From: Octopus sinensis
Lineage: Eukaryota
NCBI RefSeq assembly: GCF_006345805.1
Contig: NC_043017.1
Location: forward strand, 23,684,001-23,748,000
Reading direction: 5' to 3'
DNA length: 64,000 nucleotides
A model generated the notes under the pieces. That model was not told the origin of the DNA, searched no databases, and saw nothing but the letters and a program-made list of their open reading frames with translations. Below are positions 50,017 to 59,900 of the stretch, one piece after another (the first letter of the stretch is position 1; each line of letters opens with the position of its first letter). The translations under genes were made by a program, and so were the position numbers.

Positions 50017-50834
50017 TTAACCGTTTTGATACCAACCCACCCGAAACCAACCCTTGTTATGTGATTGTAGCTGCCTATTTTAAAGTGAGCTAATTTAAAG
50101 GTTTCCATCAAAATTTCTTGTAAATTTGTGTGCCAGACACCAGGAAAATAACGACAAAGTTACTTTACTAAATTCTTCATCATTTTCAAAATTAATTGAA
50201 GTAAAGGCAGAATAGTTTAATGGAAATATTGTTATAAAAGAATTAAGCAACTATTAAGTGGATCCTCCTCTTTTACAGAAAGACAAGCATTTCAACCAGA
50301 TCTTTGGTTTTCTGGCTACCAACATAGAAGCTTCTTAACCTCGTTCTAAGATATAAACTTCTTATTTAAAAGTGATCTAAATTAAAATTTTCCATAAAAA
50401 TTCTTGTAAATTTATATTCCAAACACCAGCTTAATAAAGTTATTTTACTAAATCTTCCATCATTTTCAAAATTAATTGAAACAAAGACACTGTATTTTAC
50501 CAGAAATATGGTAATAAAAGGATTAAGTAGGAATTAAGTTGATTCTGCTCTGCCTTTTACAGAATGGCAAACATTTTAAGCAGATCTTCTTATTCTCTGC
50601 CTGCCAGCTTAGAAGTTTCTTATCCTTTTGATATGAACCTGACTGAAACTGCCTATGGTCCCACAATACAAAATTCTTCTTCAAAGTGACTTAAAGCATT
50701 TCATAATTTTTTTTTTTTTGCTAATTAACGGTCCAAACACAAGCACAGTAATGACAAAATTACTCAAAGAAATTCTTCATTATTTTCAAAATTAATTGAA
50801 ACAAAGGCAGGAAAAATGGTAATAAAAGGGTTAA
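50017..50834. repeat. Three diverged TTAA-bounded MITE copies separated by homologous ~90-bp spacers
   Basis: Starts ~50017, 50335 and 50620. Ends AAAAG(G/A)(G/A)TTAA at ~50246, 50526 and 50834. Spacers share CTTTTACAGAA and CAGATCTT. Confidence 0.7.
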
Positions 50835-50894
50835 ATTAGGTATTGTAACCCTTTTTTCTGTTATATTCAATGGCAGCATTTTATCTCCATGCTG

Positions 50895-51185
50895 CTGCCT
50901 CATAAAAAGCACCCAGTCCACTCTGTAAAGTGGTTGGCATTAGAAAGGGCATCTAGCTGTAGAAACCATGCAAAAACAGACTTTGCTGGTGCCATGTGAA
51001 AAGCAGCTAGTCCACTCTGTGAAGTGGTTGACATTAGGGAGGGTATCCAGTTGCCAAAACAGACAGTGGATCTTGATGTAGTTCTCTGGATTGCCAGCTC
51101 CTATCAAACCATCCAACCCATGTCAACATGGAAGACAGACATTAAATGATGATGAGGAGGAGGATGACGATGGTGATGATGATGT
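50895..51185 (+). mobile_element. Family C repeat with internally repeated central segment
   Basis: Two AGTCCACTCTGT.AAGTGGTTG.CATTAG.AAGGG segments, then CATGGAAGACAGACATTAAATGATGATG. Confidence 0.75.
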
Positions 51186-51803
51186 CGTCATCATCATCAC
51201 TTTATGCTTGCAGGATAGGTGATAGGTAAATATTGTGTCTCAAATTGGTGTTTCTAATGTCAAAGACCATTTTACATTGAGAATCTTAGTGGTCAGTTCC
51301 TTCATAATTTGCTCCTCAAGATTATTTCTCATGGCAAACGTTGAATCAAGGTGAAATTGCTTGTTTCTGCTGGACACAAAGTTTATTCTGTTCTTTTACT
51401 GGGCCGAGTCATTGAATCATGATATTGTTAACGGTGGGTCCTTTCAGGGTGTCAGTGATTATATTGAGACCCCAGTATCTGTTTTATGAACCTTTAAAGT
51501 ATGAAAGACTAAGCTGACTTGGGTAGGGTTTGAACTCACTACCTAAAGAGATATAACCAAATACCACATGGTGTTTTGTCTGACACTCAACCAATTCTGC
51601 CAGTTCACACATAAATACTCAGACCCTCACTGTGTATGTACATGATCTTTACTGTCTTCAATCATTCATCTGTGGCCATACTGGAGCTCCACCATATAGA
51701 CTATTACAGATTACATAACTCTGTTGATATTCTATTATTTCTAACAATATGGTATTAATAATATCTATGATGTCTATTTTTTATTTTATAACACTTTTTA
51801 TTT

Positions 51804-51944
51804 TGTGAGGTATATTTGCCATCTCAATATGGCTAACCACTAAGGGTGGGTGTTACTGTAGCTTGTAGCCCCAGGAGAACATCAAGCTACAGTAACACCC
51901 ACCCTTAGTGGTTAGCCATATTGAGATGGCAAATATACCTCACA
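51804..51944. repeat. Perfect 62-bp inverted repeat with 17-nt spacer
   Basis: 51804-51865 is the exact reverse complement of 51883-51944. Spacer TAGCCCCAGGAGAACAT. Confidence 0.95.
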
Positions 51945-52159
51945 TTGTCATGCAGTTACTGTTTATACCTCGTTCAGAGATTTATTGTTACTTTTTATTT
52001 TGTCTCCTACATATTTTACATACATTATATTCTATTTATTAATTTATTCCTATTATTAATTTCATTTAACTTCATGTAATTTTATTTATTTATTTCTCTT
52101 TTCATATTTTCTTTGCTTATCGATGGATTTAATATATATCGATTTTTATTTTTATATAG

Positions 52160-52265
52160 ACATCGGGAGAAGAAGAAGTCTTTCCGTGGTGAGAAATCCA
52201 CACTACCAAGATTTCCTTTAATTCCAGACCAGTTTATTCGAGAAGAAAACATTCCTTTACGAACA
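52160..52265 (+). CDS. PLD1: Phospholipase D exon (PX domain, continued)
   Basis: TTTATATAG| acceptor, |GTTAGT donor, 106 bp. (Q)HREKKKSFRGEKSTLPRFPLIPDQFIREENIPLRT matches from memory PLD1 [35 protein letters not shown]. Phase 2 in, phase 0 out. Confidence 0.88.
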
Positions 52266-52299
52266 GTTAGTTTTCACTACATTATTATTATTATTATTA

Positions 52300-52740
52300 T
52301 GAAGGTAGTAAGCTGGCAGAATCATTAATACACCAGGCAAAATGCCTTATGGTAGCACGCCGGGCGAAATGCATAGCCGTATTTCGTCTGCCGCTACATT
52401 CTGAGTTCAAATTCCGCCGAGGTCGACTTTGCCTTTCATCCTTTTGGGGTCGATTAAATAAGTACCAGTTATGCACTGGGGTCGATATAATCGACTTAAA
52501 CCATTTGTCTGTGCTTGTTTGTCCTCTCTGTGTTTAGCCCCTTTTGGGTAGTAAAGAAATAGGTATTTTGTCTGCTGCTACATTTCCAGTTCAAATTCTG
52601 CCCGGGTCAACATTGTCTTTTATCCTTTTGGGGTCGATAAATTAAGTACCAATGAAACACTGGAGTTAATGACAAATCAACAAGTTCCCTCCCTCAAATT
52701 TCAAACCTTGTGCCTATAGTAGAAAGGATTATTATTATAG
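52300..52740 (+). mobile_element. Family B SINE: head, B1 unit, then second unit with (ATT)n tail
   Basis: TATTTCGTCTG at 52380 and TATTTTGTCTG at 52564 (period 184). Confidence 0.85.
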
Positions 52741-52758
52741 TTATTATTATTATTATTA

Positions 52759-53129
52759 TTACCTCCACCTTAGCGAAGGTGGAGGTACTGTTTACAGTCA
52801 TCTTTGTTTGGTTGTTTGTCCATGGACAAAGATATCTCAAGAACCACTGGATGGATTCAGATGAAACTTTCAGAGATGTTTGGTCTCATGCCTGGCACAA
52901 ACTCATTAGATTTTGGGATCAATCCGGTAATGGACAAGGATTCCAGAATATTTTTCATTTTTTTTTACTTAATTTTTGAGAGCGGTCGGGTTCATTTTTA
53001 GTATTCTCATTTGTGAGAACATTTGAATTTATTTGAGATATTCTCATTTTGAAAATCATCTCTAGCTTATCATTGAGAGAATGTTGGAGTTGTCTTGGTG
53101 GAGGTTTGCACTTTCTGAGTGCTCTTGTT
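52759..53129 (+). mobile_element. Helentron/Helitron2-type non-autonomous element, second copy
   Basis: 5' hairpin CCTCCACCTT-AGCG-AAGGTGGAGG, 3' CTTGGTGGAGGT...TGAGTGCTCTTGTT, embedded in (ATT)n. Confidence 0.68.
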
Positions 53130-53130
53130 A

Positions 53131-53176
<46 letters not shown>

Positions 53177-53575
53177 GGAGGTGGCGAGCTGGACAAGATA
53201 CTTAGTGGCATTTTGTTTGTCTTTATGTTCTGAGTTCAAATTCTGCCAAGGTCGACTTTGCCTTTCATCTTTTCAGGGTTGATAAATTAAGTACCAGTGA
53301 AACACCGGGTCACCCAAATCACCAGTCCCCTCCTCCAAAATTCCAGGTCTTGTACCTTTGGTAAAAGGGATTATTATTATAATGAAGTCAGTGATCTGGC
53401 AGAATTAGCATGTTGGACAAGATGCTTTGTGGCATTTTAAATTCCGCCAAGGTTGACTTTGCCTTTCATCCTTTCAGGGTCAAAAAATTTAAGTGTCCAG
53501 TGAACACACAGGGGTCGCTGTAATCAACTAGTCCCCTCCCCCAAAATTTCAGGCCTTGTGCCTGTAGTTGAAAGG

Positions 53576-53580
<5 letters not shown>
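53177..53580 (+). mobile_element. Two stacked family B SINEs with (ATT)n tails
   Basis: GGAGGTGGCGAGCTGG head and CTGAGTTCAAATTC. The second copy has an internal deletion. Confidence 0.8.
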
Positions 53581-53614
<34 letters not shown>

Positions 53615-54511
53615 GTGCGTATGTTCTAGTATGTATTTGTCACCCTATTTCTATCAATGCTACAACAACTCCTATTCCTCAGAACCAGCTACTTGTAAAC
53701 CATTTAACACCCAAGCCTACCAGAGATACCTGTTTCTTCCCTCCTCACTAGAATCAGACAGTTAGGCATAGCTGTGCAGTAGGACTGAACCCAAGACCAC
53801 ATGCCTGGGAAGCAAACTACTTAAACACACAGCCATACTTGTGCTTAAACCACTACAGAAAATTAGCTTTGATGATTAAAAATAATGCCATTTTGGGGGC
53901 TTTTTTTTTTTTTTTTTTTTTCAGAATGTTAAATTGGGTTATTTGGACTCTGTTGATTTGGCATTGGAAGCAAATTCTCAACTCTCTCTCTCTCTCACTC
54001 TCACACACACACACACACACACACAGTCTCTCTCTCTCTCTCACTCGCACCACTCACTCACATGCATGCACATGTGATAGGAATATACACATAGAGTTAG
54101 AAAGAGAGAGTGAGAGGAGAAAATATTACAATTTATGAATTAAACACGACTGACATATATACACTCTCCCTCTCCTCAGACGCATAAAGAGAAATATCCT
54201 CACACACATAAACAAACAAACAGCCAGACGGTGAGAGAGAAATATTAAAACATCTGATGTCAAATAGTCAGTGCCAAAACAATTGTGCCAAAATGTCTCC
54301 TATCCTAACCCCTCCCCACTCTGGCTTTAATTCCTATTCCTTCCAGCCCAGAACATTGACCTTATAAAATTCTCTTCTTACCTCTATTGTTCAGGCTGAA
54401 CTTCCACATCAGTACTTCTTAATATACTGTAGTTCAGTGCTGTCTTTCACAGAATGCTATTTCAGTGAAATACCCAGTTCAATATGTTCTGAGAGAAAAG
54501 AAAAGAAAAAG

Positions 54512-55252
54512 AAATAATAATGAAATTATTGTATACAGTGCTCAGGTGCACCACAACTTATCAGAAAGTGCATATAAAGTGTATGCAGTAATGTACAAAT
54601 GTCTGGAAAGCGAACAATGTATGAGTCAGATACATGCTTGTGTGTGTATGGAGGGGAGAAAATCAGGTGTAGTGTTGGCAAATCTCAGAAAGCATGGAAG
54701 TTTTGAAGGATGCAGTGCTCCGACAACTAACCACTGATGTCGGCAGTTTGTTCCATGCTTCAGCAACTCTCAGCGTGAAAAAATGTTTCCTAAAGTCATG
54801 GGAGCTGTGCTGTTTTCTGACTTTGTAAATATGTCCACGGGTGTTAGACAGGTGGAGTTTGAAAAGGTACTCAGAGTTATTGTTTGTAAGATGGTTGATA
54901 ATTTTATGGGTGTCTGCCAAGTCAGCTGCCAGACATCGGAGTTTCAATGTGTCCATGCCCAGGGAAGTAAGGCGTTCAGAATATGGCAAGTGCCTGATGG
55001 AGGGTATTCTTTTGGTTGCACATCACTAAACGGCTTCCAGACGATTGATATCCTGGGCAAGATAGGGGTTTCAGACCGGTGATGCAAATTCCAGGTGAGG
55101 TGTTACCATAGCTATATAAAGCCACAGATAGATAGTCGGAGAGCGGCTCACAAAGGATTTGGTGAGTGATGCCAAGACACCCTCAGCCTTCTTGACAATT
55201 TTAGCGATGTGTTTTGTCCAACACAAATCACTGTCGACAATAACACCCAGCA
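54512..55252 (-). mobile_element. 5'-truncated CR1-group LINE, same family as 1-1702
   Basis: Minus-strand MPYSERLTSLGMDTL...HFFTLRVAEAWNKLP. 3' end GTGCACCTGAGCACTGTATACAAT plus (ATT)-type tail. 3'UTR about 90 bp longer than in the first copy. Confidence 0.9.
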
Positions 55253-55477
55253 GATTATTTTAATCATCAAACAGAAGCTAATTCTGTGCAGTGGTTTAGG
55301 TGTAGATATGGCTACGTGGTTAACAAGCTTGTTTTCCAAACATATAGTTTTGGATTGAGTTCCACTGTATGGCACCTTGGGCAGGTGTCCTCTACTATAT
55401 CATCAGACCAGCCAAAGGCTTGGGAGTGGATTTGGTAGAAGGAAATGGAAAGAAGCCCACTGTGTATGTATGTATTG

Positions 55478-55800
55478 TGAAGGTGCATAGCTTAGTGGTT
55501 AGGTTATTTGACTGACAGTCATGAGGTCATAAGTTTGATACCCAGCAAGGACATTGTGTCCTTGAGCAAGAAAATTTTATTTCATGTTGCTTCTGTCCAC
55601 TCATTTGGCAAAAGTGACTTCTACTTGTAATTCAAAAGGTCAGCCTTGTCACATTCTGTGTCATGCTAAATCTCCCTGGTAACTAGAGGATATGTGTTGT
55701 CTGTGGAGTACTCAACCACTTGCCCATTAATTTCATGAGCAGGCTGTTCCATTGATCGGATGAACTGGAGCACTCGTCATCATAGACAACAGATTGCCAG
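55478..55800 (+). mobile_element. tRNA-derived SINE, family D-related
   Basis: GTGAAGGTGCATAGCTTAGTGGTTAGG head and GTGTCCTTGAGCAAG central motif. Confidence 0.7.
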
Positions 55801-56384
55801 TTAGTTTATATATGTATGTATGTATGTATGAATGAGTATGTGAGTGTGTATGTGTACAGGTACACATGATGTATGCATGTTTGTCTTTGTGTGTGTGTGT
55901 GTGTTTATACCCCCTTGTCTTGACAAAATATTTTACTGTCACCTTCATGCAAGCTGTGTCCTTCGTTTCCAATTTTAAATGGAAACAGGTGACAGCAACC
56001 AGAAGGGCATCTGGCTGTAGAAAATTCTGTGTGAATTCTGTCTGACCCATGCAAGAATGGAAAAGTGGGCATTCAAACAATGTTGATGATTTTTCTTATA
56101 CTTCTCTATCCAGTATAAGTTTCCTTTTAGATGTTTGCATAGATTAAAACCTTCTCTGTTAAATTTTTTACTGGAAATTCGTAACAGAGACAACCATTAC
56201 ATGTTGAACCTTGGTACATCATCGGTTATATTTTCTGTTCAATGTTTTCTGCAATAACCTTGAGCTGACTACAGCCTTGTGAGCAGATCTGGAAATGGAA
56301 ATCAAAAGCAGCCTCTGTGTTAATACCTAGAAGGGGGTGCTTTTTCCACTCACCAAAGTGAATGGAGCTTTGGCCTGGAGGAAC

Positions 56385-56752
56385 TGATGTCATCAGACAG
56401 TATCTAACATCCATCAGATGTTTTGACCCTTAACTGTAACACCCTCCCATTGGTGGGTCAGCAGAGGTGGCCAAAGCACTGCCCTTCATCTCCTCCAGAC
56501 TCCCAGCTTAAATCCTCTCTTTTGCTCCATAACCAACAAGAGGCTCTTTCAGCTGCTTCTCCCATCCTGCACTCAGCCACCCTTCACTCCTTTCCTCTCA
56601 TTCCAATGGCTGTAAGCATATGCCATGCCAACTGAGCAGGGAACCCCCTACAGCCAACCTTGACTGGGAAAAGCCATACCTGCAATCCTGCAGAAGGCTC
56701 CCGTATTTGGCATGTTTCTATTCATAGCCTCATCACACTCGTCTTCCATATC
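56385..56752 (-). mobile_element. RLE-type (Hero-like) non-LTR retrotransposon 3' remnant
   Basis: Minus strand WLFPVKVGCRGFPAQLAWHMLTAIGMRGKE*RVAECRMGEAAERASCWLWSKRE, resembling the Hero-clade PVEVGCRGF / AAERAS.WLW C-terminus (from memory). Confidence 0.75.
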
Positions 56753-57138
56753 TTTTAAATCTAAATATAATCAATTCATCTTCAGAAAAAAGGGATAATT
56801 ACCTCATTGCTTTTAATAAGTCACTAATTACCTCCTTTAAAATTAAACTGCCTCCTGATTCATTTACAAAATAGTCTTCCTCCTACTAATATAGAATGAA
56901 AACTTCTTATGACAGCAGGAAATTGTAACATTATCTCTAACGTCTTAGTCATGATTAGCAAAAGTGAAACCAGTGTAAATATTTTGTGTAAATATTGTGT
57001 AAATATTTTGTTTCACAGAAATATATATTGTCCCACATAAAATTTTTCTGCATTTTCTTTCCTTTTATATTTTGCACTACAATTCAACGTGTAGAGAAAA
57101 AAGTTTTTCATCAGACCTTTTCATTATTTATTTATCTT

Positions 57139-57206
<68 letters not shown>

Positions 57207-58599
57207 ATATATAGATATATAATCAAATGAATAATAACATGACGGATAACTGTCAGCTCATTACAGCTATTTCTAATGCATTTTTAAATAGAAGAATGAG
57301 AACATTACTTCATTACAAAAAACTGTAATCATTAGATGAAATGTACTTTTACAAACAAAAGAATATCCCAAGAATACAGCAGGGATATGGCTAAAGTTTG
57401 TTGATGCTAACTTGGTGCATATCTTTTCAAGTACCTGATTCTATCTGAATTCTTATTTTATTATTTATACACACACACCCACACACATCTTTTTGTTTCA
57501 CAAAAGTAGGTGAAAGCATTTTCATAAAAGAATAATAATAATAATAATAATAATAATGGTCATTGTATATGCTGCTCAGGTACGTACAGCTTCTTAGAAA
57601 AGGGTAAAAGAGGGGACAGAAAGCTGAAATAATTAAAGTAAAGACCAAAAAAAAAATATTTCGGTTTTCTGCTCCAATTCTTGCTAACTTTGAAAGCAAA
57701 TGTCACTGGATGAAAAAATGAGAAGTTTAGAAATAGAATCTATAATAAATTAGGCCAAACCAAAATTATGAGGTTCTGTTTGTATAAATATGTTCCTGAA
57801 ATACAAACCTGGTTGTAGTTATTGGTTGGGTAATGGGAATCTAAATGACATCCACTCCACCAACACCACCTCCATCATACTTTCATCACTCCCACCTATT
57901 ACCAAATATTTGGAACAAAAACACACATTTGTAACACAAGAGTGTATTGAGCACTTTTAGGTGTTTATACAACAAATCCCCACCCAAAATAATATATATA
58001 TTTATAAGTATGTATGGGTGTATATGTGTATATATATATATATGTATATCTTTTATTTTTTACTTATTTCAGCCATTTGACTGTGGCCATACTGGGGCAC
58101 CACCTTGAGGAATTTTTAGTTAAATGAACTGACCTCAGTACTTAGGTTTTTGCTTTTTTCAGCTTGGTACTTATTCTATTGGTCTCTTTTGCTAAACTGC
58201 TAAGTTACAGGGACATCAACACACCAACAGCAGTTGTCAAGCAGTGAATGGGAACAAGCACAGACTCAAACAAACACAAGCATTCACATATATAACACCC
58301 ACCTAAATCACTATATTTATATATTTATGTATGTGGCAGAAACATTAGCACAGCAGGTGAAATGCTTAGCAGTATTTAGTCTTTCTTTACGTTCTGAGTT
58401 CAAATTCCGCCGAGGTCAACTTTGCCTTTCATCTTTTCAGGGTCAATAATTTAAGTACCAGTTGCATACTTAGGTCGATCTAATTAACTGGCCCCCTCCC
58501 CCAAAATTTCAGGTCCTTGTACCTAGAGTAGAAAAGAATATGCCATGCTTGAATAGAAGACTCCTAAAACCAAGTGAAATCATAGTTGTGGCAGATACT

Positions 58600-58800
58600 G
58601 GTGTCATGCAATTGGCATCCATGCCTGTAGCATGCAAAAGCACCCATAACACTCTCAAAGTTGTTGGCATTAGGAAGGGCATCCAGCCGTAGCAACCATG
58701 CCAAATCAGACTGGAGTGTGGTGCAGCCCTTTAGCTTACCCTCTCTGGTCAAACTGTCCAACCCATGCCAGCATAGACAATGGACATTAAATGTTGATGA
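58600..58800 (+). mobile_element. Family C repeat
   Basis: AAAAGCACCC...TTAGGAAGGGCATCCAGCCGTAG...GGACATTAAATGTTGATGAT. Confidence 0.8.
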
Positions 58801-58807
58801 TACTATG

Positions 58808-58868
<61 letters not shown>

Positions 58869-58870
58869 TG

Positions 58871-58914
<44 letters not shown>

Positions 58915-59689
58915 CATACACAACAGGCTTCTCTCTGTTTCGGTCTATCAAATCCATACACAAGGCTTTGGATTGTCTGAGGCTATAGTAAAAGACTCTT
59001 GTCCCAGAACTCATGCAGTAGAACTGAACCTGGAACCATGTTGGTGAGAAGCAAAGTTCTTACTACACAACCATGCCTGCACCCCTTCCTAGAACTTATC
59101 TATATCTGAGCTGAAAGCTGAAGATGTTAGGTGTCTAGGTCTTGAAGGTATGACCAATATCAGTGACAGGTTATAAATAACCAGGCCTTTAGTTAGCTGT
59201 CTAATAATTTATTGATTTCTCTAGTTCTGATTCTCTTGCAGTTCCTTTTGAGAGATTTGAAAAATAAAATATCAAATTTGTATAATTAATCAATTTCTGT
59301 GAATGGTAGTAGAAGTTAGACATTTTAACAAACTGGTTAATCGAGTGTTTATTTTTTATATTTTAATTTGTTAATGTTTTCTTTTCTTTTTTTTTTCCCT
59401 TAACCCTCCACCATTCCATGATCTTCCATAATAAAGGCCTGCTGTAAACTGTCAGTAATTATTTAATTAAAAGCTAATTTTTCAGACCTAATAAGTGCAA
59501 GTGTGGCTGTCTGGTTAAGAATATAGTTTCACAATTAACTGAGTTTGTGTTTAATGAAATTGTGTGGTTTTTATCCGTCGGTGTTTTCTACCTTTGCCCC
59601 AAGTTGACCTTTGACCAGTTGACCAATGCCTTGTGAGTGAAAGTTAATAGTTTTAAGCAATATTGTTACATTGTGCATGCGTGTTTGTA

Positions 59690-59900
59690 TCATCATCATC
59701 GTTTAACGTCCGTTTTCCGCGCTAGCACAGGTTGGACGGTTCGACCGGGGTCTGGGAAGCCAGGGGCTGCACCAGGCTCCAGTCTGATCTGGCAGTGTTT
59801 CTACAGCTTGAAGCCCTTCCTAACGCCAACCACTCCGCGAGTGTAGTGGGTGCTTTTTACATGCCACCTGCACAGGGTCTGGCATCAGCCACAATCGGTT
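59690..59900 (-). mobile_element. Family C 3' body and (GAT)n tail, contiguous with the 67-bp array
   Basis: CATCATCATCGTTTAACGTCCGTTTTCC...GCCCTTCCTAACGCCAACCACTCC, then a 52-bp unit starting at 59849. Confidence 0.88.

Noticed and set aside
53925-53985. Strong poly-T acceptor TTCAG| followed by an open frame NVKLGYLDSVDL
   Set aside because: No donor before the following microsatellite and no similarity to the expected next PLD exon.
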